NCBI GenBank assembly: GCA_949879765.1
Contig: CATLBQ010000001.1
Span: 95,742-159,741, forward strand
DNA from: an uncultured Bacilli bacterium
Lineage (GTDB): Bacteria > Bacillota_I > Bacilli_A > ML615J-28 > CAG-313
Length of the DNA stretch: 64,000 nt
Direction: 5' to 3'
The translations under genes were made by a program, and so were the position numbers. Under the pieces are notes generated by a model, which saw only the letters and a program-made list of their open reading frames with translations, was not told where the DNA came from and searched no databases. Position 1 is the first letter of the stretch. Each line of letters begins with the position of its first letter. Below are positions 39,987 through 49,747 of the stretch, piece by piece.

Positions 39987-42137
39987 ATGACAAAAATCAC
40001 AAAAAAATTGTTATCGATGATTGCCTTTTTGGGAACACTTCTCATCTTGACATCATGTTTAAACGCCAATATGGCAATAACCAAAGTAAAATTAGAGTTT
40101 GATCAATATGATTTATATGTTGGTGAAACGCTTCAAACTCAAGTTTTTATTACTGTGAATGGAAAGGAAGAAACAGTAGAATTGGGTTATCAATCTTATG
40201 ATGAAACGATTGCTACATTTAATAATGGTGAGTTAGTTGGTGTAAATCATGGGGTAGTTCGCGTAAAAGTATATGCGAAAAATGATACAAGTGTATATGA
40301 TACTGCAATTGTTCACGTTGCTTTAGATTTGAATTACGATGTAACTTTTAATATCCCAGCGATACTTTCTCAAACGGAAGTAATTCAAATTGTACCACAA
40401 TTGCCTGAAGATGCGGATGTAGTATTAACTTATGCATCTACGAATCCTGAAGTGGTCAGTGTTGATGCACAAGGAAAATTAGTTGCTGTCAATGGTGGAA
40501 AAGCAATGGTTCAAATTCGTGTAACTAGTGCTGAAGATCAATATGTTTATCATGATTATACATTTGAAGTTGTAGTTCCTTATACGATTACATACACTAT
40601 AAATGGTGAAGTTTGTGAGACAGCTAATCCAACGACTTATATACCTGATACGGATGAAATCGTATTGGTTGCACCTAATATGCCAGGCTATATATTTGAA
40701 GGTTGGTTTGATGGAGATATTTTGGTAGAAAAAATTACCAATGAATGGACTAGCAATGTAGTATTAGAGGGAAAAGTGAGAGAATATACTATCCAAGAGG
40801 TAAAAGAAACTGCCAATGAGACTGTTGTATTCAGTGGTGTCATTACTGCTGTTTCTCCTGTGAATAGTTCTTATAACAATTTCTCTATTTTAGTCAGTGA
40901 TGATACTGCCTCTATTATGGTGTATCGTATATCTTCTAAGACATATGATTACAATGAATTTATAGCAGGTAAAACCATCAAAGTAACGGGGAAAAATACA
41001 CCATACAATGGATTGAATGAAATCGCATCAGGAGCAAAAATTGAATTTTTGGGCGAAACTGATGTACCTGGTTTTGTTGAATTAGATTATGTACCTACAA
41101 ATGAAGAATTATTGCAATTACAATGTAGTGTTGTACAACTGACATTGACTTATGTATCTGGTACGGTTGGAACGGGTACCAATGTTATATTCAAAGATGC
41201 CGATGGTCTTACTCTTACAGTAAGAGGAGATGCAAATTGGGGCAATGTTGATAAACTAGACTTAAAAGTTGATAGAAAATACACAATTACAGGATTTGTA
41301 TCTTGGTATAATGGTCCACAAATTGCCAATTTACCTAATTATCCATTTGTAGAAGCCATTGTAAATGATGAAACAATAGCGATGGACTACCTAGATCAAA
41401 TTGTTTTAGAAAGTACAGTTACTGAAGATTTACCTTTACCAAAAGTAGAAGGTGTGACTTGGACGATAAAAGAGACGAGTGCTGCTGAACTTGTAGATGG
41501 TATCGTTGTGATTACTCGCGGTGATGCTGATGTAGTGATTACACTTGTTGCGATTTATCCTTTAAATGGTGTAAATTATGCAAAGGAATTTGAAGTAACG
41601 GTAAAAGCAATGGGCACAGTAGGTCCTGTTGCCACATTTGATTTTGGTACAACTGAAGCTACAGGTTATACAGCCAACAAGAAATTAACGATTCAAAATC
41701 TAATTACTGCATCTAGTGTGCAAATTGTAGCGCATTATGCTCAAATCACAAAATCTTCTAATGCGCCTCATACAGCAATGGGATGCTTTGCAGTAATTTG
41801 TCCTGTTCGAAAGAGTAATAGTACAAAAGCTGGATATTTAGAATTTACATTTACTGATGCTGTAAAGAGTATTGAGTTTGAAGCAAGTTGGTGGTCCGCA
41901 TTAGATAAAAATAATGCTTCTAAAATTGTAAAATTTGAAGTACAATATTCTACAGATGGTGCGACTTGGACATCTGTTTCTTTAGGTAGTGCAAGTTCAC
42001 TAGACGCAAATTCCTACACAACATTTACTGTCGCTTGTCCTGATGCAAAATATGTTAGAATTTATACTGAAGGTGACAAGACATATACTAGTAATCAAAA
42101 TGCACGTATTGCTATTGATAATGTAAAATTCTTTTAA
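39987..42137 (+). CDS. Surface lipoprotein: Big_2 Ig-like domains, one Listeria-Bacteroides repeat, a conserved module of about 300 aa shared with the next gene, and a beta-rich C-terminal domain
   Basis: Lipobox LTSC. Big_2-like segments (ETLQTQVFITVNGKEETVELGYQSYDETIATFNNGELVGVNHGVVRVKVYA). The Flg_new signature is GYIFEGWFDG. The shared module reads REYTIQEVKETANETVVFSGVITAV...NPYNGLNEIA...FVEA. The start is probably the ATG at 39987, but a TTG at 39978 is possible. Confidence 0.65.
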   Translation: MTKITKKLLSMIAFLGTLLILTSCLNANMAITKVKLEFDQYDLYVGETLQTQVFITVNGKEETVELGYQSYDETIATFNNGELVGVNHGVVRVKVYAKNDTSVYDTAIVHVALDLNYDVTFNIPAILSQTEVIQIVPQLPEDADVVLTYASTNPEVVSVDAQGKLVAVNGGKAMVQIRVTSAEDQYVYHDYTFEVVVPYTITYTINGEVCETANPTTYIPDTDEIVLVAPNMPGYIFEGWFDGDILVEKITNEWTSNVVLEGKVREYTIQEVKETANETVVFSGVITAVSPVNSSYNNFSILVSDDTASIMVYRISSKTYDYNEFIAGKTIKVTGKNTPYNGLNEIASGAKIEFLGETDVPGFVELDYVPTNEELLQLQCSVVQLTLTYVSGTVGTGTNVIFKDADGLTLTVRGDANWGNVDKLDLKVDRKYTITGFVSWYNGPQIANLPNYPFVEAIVNDETIAMDYLDQIVLESTVTEDLPLPKVEGVTWTIKETSAAELVDGIVVITRGDADVVITLVAIYPLNGVNYAKEFEVTVKAMGTVGPVATFDFGTTEATGYTANKKLTIQNLITASSVQIVAHYAQITKSSNAPHTAMGCFAVICPVRKSNSTKAGYLEFTFTDAVKSIEFEASWWSALDKNNASKIVKFEVQYSTDGATWTSVSLGSASSLDANSYTTFTVACPDAKYVRIYTEGDKTYTSNQNARIAIDNVKFF

Positions 42138-42328
42138 TGAATGGAAAAACACTTATTCAACGAATAAGTGTTTTTGTTTTCTTTATAAATATAAGGAAAA
42201 GATGAGTTTACCTTCCCTTAAAAGATGAAAAAGTGGTAGATCTCACTAATTGAATAATGAAAATACTTGCAAAAGAAAAAAAGTAATGATATAATAAAAA
42301 ACGTATTATTATGAAGGGAAATACAAAT

Positions 42329-45300
42329 ATGACGAAAATGAGAAAAAGATTATTTGTAGCAGTAGCTACATTTGGTATTTTATTGATTTTGTCTGCTTGT
42401 ACGACACTAGGTGAAATCAAAGTTTCACTAAATGCAACGTATGAAGTAACAGAAGGGCAGACTATTGAAATAGCACCACTTGTCACAAAAGATGGAGCCG
42501 AATATCAAACTGCTTTGGGATATGTGTCTTTGGATACTTCCATAGCAAAATTTGTAGATGGAAAATTGACAGGCGTAAAACCTGGTCAAGTGCGTATAAA
42601 AGTATATGCGGTAGAACAACCTAAAGCCTATGCTACAGCCTTAGTAACTGTAACAAACAACAATCTACTATCTGCAACATTTGATATTGAACAAGAAATG
42701 AATGTAAATGAAACACAACAAATACATTATCAAATCACAGGAACAGAGTTAGAACCTCTTGTAAATTATCGCTCTTTAAATGAAGAAATTTTGACTGTGG
42801 ATGAAAATGGTAACCTAGTTGCAAAGTCTGAAGGTAGTGCTACTATTATTATCCGTTTGACATCTGCGAATGATCCTAGTATTTACCGTGAATATAAATA
42901 TGAAATCAAAATAACATATTATACATACTCTATAGAGTATGTGTTAAATGGGGGAAAGAATCACAAAGATAACCCAACAGGTATTCATTTGAATCAATTA
43001 CCGATAACGCTTGGTAATCCAACTAAAGCTGGATATAATTTTGTAGGTTGGTATGATAATGCTGAATTTGATAATCAATCAATTACTGTAATTGAACAAA
43101 TGGAAAATGAGCATATTCAATTGTTTGCTAAGTGGGAAAAAGTAGACTACACCATTGAATATAATTTAAATGGTGGTACCAATCATATAGATAATCCACT
43201 TGTTTACAATATTGAAACGGATACAATTACACTTTTACCTGCCACAAAAGCATATTATGTATTTGACGGATGGTATATTGGGAACATTAAGGTAGAGACT
43301 ATTCAAAAGGGTACCATAGGTAATCAAATTTTAACTGCGAAATATACACCCGTTGAATATACCATTACGTATTACTTAGATGGTGGTATGACAACCAACC
43401 GAAATGCTTATACAGTAGAGACTGAAACCATAGTTTTATCGGACGCAGTAAAAGATAATTACAATTTCCTAGGATGGTTTGACTCTACTGGTCAACAAAT
43501 TACAGAAATTGTAACTGGTACTACTGGCAATCTTGAACTTACTGCACGATATGTAGCAATTGATTATACTATTGATTATGTATTGAATGGTGGTGTAAAT
43601 CAGGAAAATAATCCAACAAAATATAATATAGAAAGCAATGATATCCTTCTTTTAGTCCCTACCAAGAATGGTTATATCTTCTTAGGATGGTTTAATGAAA
43701 AGAATGAAGAAGTTACAACCATCAAGAATGGCTCAACTGGTAATGTAACTTTACTAGCAAAATGGGAAGCTGACACTTATACAGTAACATTCGATAGTAA
43801 TGGAGGTTCAACTATAGATTCAGTTGAGTATACCATTGAATCAGAAGATATTACATTAGCTAAACCAACCAAGACGGGTTATACCTTCTTAGGATGGTTT
43901 AATGAAAAGAATGAAGAAGTTACAACCATCAAGAATGGATCAACTGGTGATTTAGCACTTACCGCTAAATGGGAAATTGTAGCATATGAAGTGGCTTTAG
44001 ATGCTGATGGTGGTGCAGATGTTGAAAATATTCAATTTACAGTAGAATCATCTTTAATTGAATTGCCATCAACAGCCAAACAGGGCTATACATTCCTTGG
44101 TTGGTTTGATGAAGCGGATCAACAGGTTAAAGCAATTGAAACGGGTACAGTAGGCAATCTTAAATTAAAAGCCAAATATCAAGTGAAGACCTATACGATT
44201 CAATATGAAGGTTTAAATGCTGGAGATAGTGCAAACAATCCTACAAAATATACCATTGAATCGAGTACAATCGTACTTCAAAATCCAATTTTAGTTAGTG
44301 GTTATATTTTTGAAGGTTGGTATAACGAAGATGACGAAGCAATTTATGAAATTAAGAGTGAAACACTTAGTGATCTTGTCATAAAAGCAAAATTAAGAGA
44401 ATATACCATTCAAGAAGTAAAGCAAACAACAAATGAAGTAGCAGTGTTTACAGGTACAATTACGGCTATTTCTGTATTGAGTAATCAATATAATAATTAC
44501 TCTATTTTAGTAAATGATGGTACTGCATCCATTATGGTTTATCGTCTTTCTAACAAAACATATGCGTACGAACAATTTGCACTGGGTCAAAAAATTAGAG
44601 TGAAAGGTCAAAATGTACCATTCAATGGACTAAATGAGATTGCAACCATTGATTCTATTGAGATTGTAGAAGAAGGTACACCACTTCAACCAATAGAATT
44701 AGAGGCTATTCCTTCAGAAGAAGAATTGCTTGCAATGCAATGCGGAATAGTAAAAATGACCCTTACATTTGTATCTGGTACTTTAGGTGCAAAACAAAAT
44801 GCAATTTTTAAAGATGCAAACGGTAAGCAGATGACAGTTCGAGGTGATAGTGACTGGGGTGTTATTGATAGTATAACATTACGTACTGGAAGAGAATACA
44901 CTATTATTGGATTTGTATCTTGGTTTAATGGACCACAAATCAGCAATGTATCTAATTATCCATTTGTTGAAGCAGTGATGACTGATGAGATGATAGCTAT
45001 GGATTATTTAGATCAAATTAAAGTAGAAAGTACAGCCACTGAAGACTTTTCATTACCATCTGTAGAAGGCGTGACTTGGACAATGAAAGAAACTAGTGCT
45101 GCAGAACTTGTAGATGGTACTGTCAATATTATTCGTGGTGAGGCTGATGTAGTGATTACACTTGTTGCCACATATACTTTGAATGGAAAAGGATACAATA
45201 AAGAATTTGATGTCATTGTTAAAAAGAAATCTTCTGGTAGTGAAGAATGGGCTTTAGTCACAAATGAATCTGAATTAAACGTAGGCGATACCATTGTTAT

Positions 45301-46405
45301 TGTGGCAAATGGTTACGATGTCGCTCTAAGTACAACGCAAAATCCAAATAATCGTGGCGAAACTGCTATTGTTAGATCTGGGAATACGATTACAATTGAT
45401 GATAATGTTCAAATTCTTACATTAGTGGGTGGAACAAAAGATGGGACATTTGGTTTTGATACAGGTAGTGGATATTTGTATGCGGCTGGTGGAACAGGTA
45501 AAAATAATTATTTAAAAGTTGAAAATAGTTTATCTGATAATTCTAGTTGGAAGATTACAATTGATGAAACTGGTGTTGCAAAAGTAATTGCCCAAGGAGA
45601 TGCAATTCGAAATGTAATACAATATAATTATACTAGTAAATTATTTTCTTGTTATGCTAGTGGTCAAAAAGATATTTCAATTTATAAACTAACTGAATCA
45701 ACTCCTTTGACCGATGAACAAATTGCCCAAAAATATTTGAACAATTTATCAGTAGTAACTGAAACCAATACTGATGTAGAGTTAACACAAGATGATAATT
45801 TGTCATGGCAATTGAATACAACTACTGATGTTGCAGAAATAGTAGAGGGTGTTTTACTTGTAACTCCAGGAGCTGCTGATGTAACAATTACGCTAGTTGC
45901 AATATATACTTTAAATGGAAAATCTTATGATAGAGAGTTTGAAATAGTAGTTAAGAAAAAGGATGAAGTTGGAACTAAGACTGAGAAAACTTATACATAT
46001 CAGTTTGTATCAGGTGCTTTAAAAACTACAGGCGGAACTGCAACATTGGGAGAAATCGATTGGACATATGGCTCAATTACATATGCAGGAATTGATACCA
46101 CAGCGGCAAAAAGAGGTTTCCAAATTGGAAGCGGTAGCAAACCAACTATGTCTTTTGTATTATCAACTAATAGTATAAAAGTAAACATAAAATCAGTAGT
46201 AATTAATGCATCCATTGCTAGTGGCGGAACTGCTAAATTGTCGGTTTCTATTGGTGGGGTGAATTATTTAGACGCACAAGCGTTGACTACTACATCAACC
46301 GATTATACTATTACACCAAATGCTTCAGGTGATATTGCAATTTCATTTGCGAATACTGCAAAGGCATTTTATATCAAATCAATTACAATTGTTTATGAAG
46401 AGTAG
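42329..46405 (+). CDS. Large surface lipoprotein (paralog of the previous gene): Big_2 domains, about nine tandem Listeria-Bacteroides repeats, the same shared module of about 300 aa, additional beta-rich domains
   Basis: Lipobox LSAC. Repeated GWYD/GWFN...LxAKW units every 66 aa or so. The shared module reads REYTIQEVKQTTNEVAVFTGTITAI...VPFNGLNEIA. The start is the ATG at 42329, with the same upstream gaagggaaat as the paralog. Confidence 0.7.
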   Translation: MTKMRKRLFVAVATFGILLILSACTTLGEIKVSLNATYEVTEGQTIEIAPLVTKDGAEYQTALGYVSLDTSIAKFVDGKLTGVKPGQVRIKVYAVEQPKAYATALVTVTNNNLLSATFDIEQEMNVNETQQIHYQITGTELEPLVNYRSLNEEILTVDENGNLVAKSEGSATIIIRLTSANDPSIYREYKYEIKITYYTYSIEYVLNGGKNHKDNPTGIHLNQLPITLGNPTKAGYNFVGWYDNAEFDNQSITVIEQMENEHIQLFAKWEKVDYTIEYNLNGGTNHIDNPLVYNIETDTITLLPATKAYYVFDGWYIGNIKVETIQKGTIGNQILTAKYTPVEYTITYYLDGGMTTNRNAYTVETETIVLSDAVKDNYNFLGWFDSTGQQITEIVTGTTGNLELTARYVAIDYTIDYVLNGGVNQENNPTKYNIESNDILLLVPTKNGYIFLGWFNEKNEEVTTIKNGSTGNVTLLAKWEADTYTVTFDSNGGSTIDSVEYTIESEDITLAKPTKTGYTFLGWFNEKNEEVTTIKNGSTGDLALTAKWEIVAYEVALDADGGADVENIQFTVESSLIELPSTAKQGYTFLGWFDEADQQVKAIETGTVGNLKLKAKYQVKTYTIQYEGLNAGDSANNPTKYTIESSTIVLQNPILVSGYIFEGWYNEDDEAIYEIKSETLSDLVIKAKLREYTIQEVKQTTNEVAVFTGTITAISVLSNQYNNYSILVNDGTASIMVYRLSNKTYAYEQFALGQKIRVKGQNVPFNGLNEIATIDSIEIVEEGTPLQPIELEAIPSEEELLAMQCGIVKMTLTFVSGTLGAKQNAIFKDANGKQMTVRGDSDWGVIDSITLRTGREYTIIGFVSWFNGPQISNVSNYPFVEAVMTDEMIAMDYLDQIKVESTATEDFSLPSVEGVTWTMKETSAAELVDGTVNIIRGEADVVITLVATYTLNGKGYNKEFDVIVKKKSSGSEEWALVTNESELNVGDTIVIVANGYDVALSTTQNPNNRGETAIVRSGNTITIDDNVQILTLVGGTKDGTFGFDTGSGYLYAAGGTGKNNYLKVENSLSDNSSWKITIDETGVAKVIAQGDAIRNVIQYNYTSKLFSCYASGQKDISIYKLTESTPLTDEQIAQKYLNNLSVVTETNTDVELTQDDNLSWQLNTTTDVAEIVEGVLLVTPGAADVTITLVAIYTLNGKSYDREFEIVVKKKDEVGTKTEKTYTYQFVSGALKTTGGTATLGEIDWTYGSITYAGIDTTAAKRGFQIGSGSKPTMSFVLSTNSIKVNIKSVVINASIASGGTAKLSVSIGGVNYLDAQALTTTSTDYTITPNASGDIAISFANTAKAFYIKSITIVYEE
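43679..43750 (+). repeat. Intragenic tandem repeat copy 1 (198-bp period, one Flg_new repeat unit)
   Basis: About 70 nt, ggttatatcttcttaggatggtttaatgaaaagaatgaagaagttacaaccatcaagaatgg..., differing by 2 nt from the copy at 43877. Confidence 0.8.
43877..43948 (+). repeat. Intragenic tandem repeat copy 2
   Basis: Near-identical to 43679-43750. It encodes the duplicated YxFLGWFNEKNEEVTTIKNGSTG. Confidence 0.8.
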
Positions 46406-46411
46406 TTATAG

Positions 46412-46439
46412 AAGAGTGGAAGTCTATCCACTCTTTTTT
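46412..46439 (+). terminator. Rho-independent terminator after the large lipoprotein gene
   Basis: AGAGTGGA agtcta TCCACTCT followed by a T6 run. Confidence 0.75.
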
Positions 46440-46486
46440 AGTCACATTTTATAGGTATTTGTCATATACTATGTTGAGGTGTTAAA

Positions 46487-46729
46487 ATGAATTTAAATAA
46501 GGTTATGAATTTTATTGCGGAGAATAATATACAACCAGAGGCAGTATTTGCGCTGGTAGAAAAAGTAAGATATTTAGATTTGACGGATGAAGCTAGTATT
46601 CGACAGGTTATTCGAGATGTGTCTAAACTTGCTGGAAAAAATTTGGATAAGGCGGAAGAAAATAAGCTTGTTCGTGATATTATGTCGAATGGGGTAAATG
46701 AAAATATCTTTAATAGTTTTAATAGTTAA
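46487..46729 (+). CDS. Small protein resembling stage VI sporulation protein F (SpoVIF/YjcC family)
   Basis: 80 aa. The pattern EASIRQVIRDVSKLAGKNLDKAEENKLVRDIMSNG resembles the SpoVIF core (TVRQVIHRVAAMANRPVSKQMEDKIVESITSGG). Confidence 0.35.
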   Translation: MNLNKVMNFIAENNIQPEAVFALVEKVRYLDLTDEASIRQVIRDVSKLAGKNLDKAEENKLVRDIMSNGVNENIFNSFNS

Positions 46730-46777
46730 GATTATCAAATTATCTAACTAAAATATGAAAAAAATAATCCTTTTTCC

Positions 46778-46806
46778 TTTACAAATTCTACCATTATGGT
46801 ATAATC
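46778..46806 (+). promoter_or_regulatory. Promoter of tldD/pmbA (TTTACA, extended -10 TGGTATAAT)
   Basis: TTTACA at 46778-46783 and TGGTATAAT ending at 46806. Confidence 0.45.
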
Positions 46807-46825
46807 TACAAAAAGGAGGGATTAC

Positions 46826-48241
46826 ATGAGTGTAAATCATAAAGTAGTTTTTGGCATTGATGAAAAGATGGCCAAAGAAATTTTGGAAACGGCCTTATCC
46901 ACTGGTGGTGAGTTTGCTGAAGTATATATGGAAAATACAACAAGCGAAGTCTTCCAAATGCGGTCAGGTAAATTATCAAATGCGAATGTTTCGAAGGTTA
47001 AAGGTGCCGCTATTCGAATTATCAAAGATGGTATGGAGGTAAATTGTTCTGTAACCATTTGTACACCGAAAGTATTGTTGGAAAAGGCAAAACTTTTAGC
47101 AGGTAGTTTTTCAGATGAAAGAAAAACAGAAGTGCTCCCTTTTCAGGAAAAGAAGGTTGAACTCGTTGTAAATCCAAAACGTGTGCGCGGTGATGATGCT
47201 AGTGAAGAAGTACAGTTGTTGCAAAAATCAACAGAAGGTGCATTTGCGTATAGTTCTGAAATTGTTCAAGTCATTGCATCAATTGTCAAAAAAGAACAAC
47301 ACATGTTTGTTTTTGCAAGTGATGGGACTTGGCAAACTGATTATCGTTGCAATACGCGTTTGGCTTGTCAAGCCGTTGCGAGTGATGGCAAAGATATGCA
47401 ACCCGGTTTTTCATCATTTGGTCGTAACCAAGGAATGGAAATGTTTGAAGGATTTGATGCGAGCGACTTTGGTAAACGTGTGGCATCTGACGCAGTAGAG
47501 ATGCTACATGCAGAGCAAATGCAAGGTGGTGAAATGCCAGTTGTAATTCACAATGGCTTTGGTGGGGTTATCCTCCATGAAGCATGTGTACATGGGTTAG
47601 AGGCTACTTCAGTTGCTAAGGGAATGAGTGTGTTTTGTGGTAAATTAGGAGAAAAAGTTGCTAGTGATATTGTAAATGCTGTAGATGATGGGACCAATCT
47701 TAATGCATGGGGTTCTATCAATGTAGATGATGAGGGAACACCATCCAAATGTAATGTCTTGATTGAAAATGGAATTTTAAAATCTTACCTTGTGGATAAG
47801 AAGAATGCCAAGAAAATGAATCATCCAATTACTGGATCATCAAGAAGAGAGTCCTATAAGTATCAGACTACATCACGTATGACCAATACATATTTTTTAA
47901 ATGGGACATCAACATTTGAAGAGATTATTGCTAATACGGAAAAAGGATTGTTTGCCAAAGAAATGGGTGGTGGCAGTGTAAATCCAGCAACAGGAGAATT
48001 TAATTTTGCTGTCAATGTCGCTTATTTGATCGAAAATGGTAAAATCACAAAGCCAGTAAAAGGAGCTACTCTTGTAGGTTCTGGTAAAGACGTACTACTA
48101 CGTATTGATATGATTGCTGATAATTTATCATGTGGATATGGTATGTGTGGTTCTAGTAGCGGTTCTATTCCAACGATAGTAGGTCAACCTACGATTCGGG
48201 TTTCACACATGACTGTAGGTGGAAAAGGAGGAAATGCATAA
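46826..48241 (+). CDS. tldD: TldD-type metalloprotease (TldD/PmbA family, HExxxH-containing subunit)
   Basis: 471 aa. The HEACVHGLE metal-binding motif is present and the C-terminus is Gly-rich. Confidence 0.8.
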   Translation: MSVNHKVVFGIDEKMAKEILETALSTGGEFAEVYMENTTSEVFQMRSGKLSNANVSKVKGAAIRIIKDGMEVNCSVTICTPKVLLEKAKLLAGSFSDERKTEVLPFQEKKVELVVNPKRVRGDDASEEVQLLQKSTEGAFAYSSEIVQVIASIVKKEQHMFVFASDGTWQTDYRCNTRLACQAVASDGKDMQPGFSSFGRNQGMEMFEGFDASDFGKRVASDAVEMLHAEQMQGGEMPVVIHNGFGGVILHEACVHGLEATSVAKGMSVFCGKLGEKVASDIVNAVDDGTNLNAWGSINVDDEGTPSKCNVLIENGILKSYLVDKKNAKKMNHPITGSSRRESYKYQTTSRMTNTYFLNGTSTFEEIIANTEKGLFAKEMGGGSVNPATGEFNFAVNVAYLIENGKITKPVKGATLVGSGKDVLLRIDMIADNLSCGYGMCGSSSGSIPTIVGQPTIRVSHMTVGGKGGNA

Positions 48242-49572
48242 TGGAATTACAAAAAATTATTGAAAAAGGATTGGCTTTAGGATTAGAAGAAGTTGAAGTA
48301 TATGCCAATCTATCTGAAAGTAATACATTAAAACTCAACGATGGAGCTTTGGAAGCATATGATGTAAAATCTTTATTTGGGGTATCCATTCGAGCTTTGT
48401 ATCAAGGAAAGATGGGATATGTGTATACCGAAACGCTTGAAGATGAGGCAGTGGATGAAATTTTACAACAATTATTACAAAATATTCAAGTTTTAGATGC
48501 AACCGAACCTGAATTTATGTATGGTGCTGGGGCTAATTATCAACCAGTTCCTCCATTGATTTCTGATTATTCAAAGTATACAACGGCAGACAAACTAGCG
48601 ATGTTGCAGAAATTAGAACAGGATGTACTAGCTACTAGTGATAAGATTAAAAAGGTTGGATATTGTCAATACACAGAAACTTCAAACCAAACGGAAATAA
48701 TTAATTCTAAGGGGTTAAATTTAAAACGAGAGCATTCATACATTTCAACATTTGTAGGTGCCTTAGCAAGTGAAAATGATCAAACTGTAATGGGATATGC
48801 GGGCGATATTAATACTTCCTTTAAAAATTTAGAGTTAGATCGCTTAGTGAAAGAATCTACAGAATCTGCACTTTCTCAACTAGGGGCTGGTTTTGTAAAA
48901 ACAGGAAACTATCCAGTTGTTTTAAAGCGAGATGTAGCCACTGAAATTTTAAGTGCTTTTTCATCTGTTTTTGAAGGAAATGCTGCACTTCTAAAGATGA
49001 CATCATTAACTGATAAGGTAGGACAAAAAGTATTAGGTGAGAATGTAACGATTATTGATGATCCTTTTTATGATGATGCTTTGGTAAAAGTATCATTTGA
49101 CGATGAAGGTGTACCATGCCAAACCAAAAAAGTAGTGGATAAAGGCGTATTTACTGGATTTATGCACAATTTAAAGACAGCGAATTTCTTCCAAACGGAA
49201 CCAACTGGGAATGGTTTTAAAGCAGGTACAGCAGGTAGTATTTCCACTTCCGCAACCAATCTATTTATTGAAGAGGGAAATTTATCCAAAGATGAAATAT
49301 TAGCAACGGTAGAAGAAGGCATATTTGTAACTGAGGTTAATGGTTTACATGCTGGATTGAATCCTATTTCAGGTGATTTTAATGTTCAGGCTTCGGGATT
49401 CATGATTCGAAATGGAAAATTAGCTGAACCAATTACATTATTTGTTGTATCAGGTAATTTTTATGAAATGATGAATCAAGTAGAAGCAATTGGTAATGAC
49501 ATTGAAAAACGATTTGTAGGAGTTGCTTCACCAACATTAAAAATTAAGTCATTGGCTATTTCAGGGAAATAA
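48241..49572 (+). CDS. pmbA: TldE/PmbA-type partner protein (TldD/PmbA family, no HExxxH)
   Basis: 443 aa. The start ATG overlaps the tldD stop (ATAATG), and it has the PmbA/TldD fold signature GSGNFYE near the C-terminus. Confidence 0.75.
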   Translation: MELQKIIEKGLALGLEEVEVYANLSESNTLKLNDGALEAYDVKSLFGVSIRALYQGKMGYVYTETLEDEAVDEILQQLLQNIQVLDATEPEFMYGAGANYQPVPPLISDYSKYTTADKLAMLQKLEQDVLATSDKIKKVGYCQYTETSNQTEIINSKGLNLKREHSYISTFVGALASENDQTVMGYAGDINTSFKNLELDRLVKESTESALSQLGAGFVKTGNYPVVLKRDVATEILSAFSSVFEGNAALLKMTSLTDKVGQKVLGENVTIIDDPFYDDALVKVSFDDEGVPCQTKKVVDKGVFTGFMHNLKTANFFQTEPTGNGFKAGTAGSISTSATNLFIEEGNLSKDEILATVEEGIFVTEVNGLHAGLNPISGDFNVQASGFMIRNGKLAEPITLFVVSGNFYEMMNQVEAIGNDIEKRFVGVASPTLKIKSLAISGK

Positions 49573-49620
49573 TATCCTTTTTCATAGGAATTCTGACATT
49601 ATTTTGATATATACGAGAAT

Positions 49621-49670
49621 GGCATGCGATTTTCCAAAGATGATCGTATGCCTTTTATTTGTGCTTTTTT
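49621..49670 (+). terminator. Terminator after pmbA (10-bp stem with one G-U pair, 12-nt loop, T-rich tail)
   Basis: GGCATGCGAT ... ATCGTATGCC followed by TTTTATTTGTGCTTTTTT. Confidence 0.6.
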
Positions 49671-49747
49671 AAAGGAAATATAATCAAATTTAACCCCAAA
49701 AAAGAGATTTTATGGTATAATACTAACGTTTTATGGAGGAATTATGT

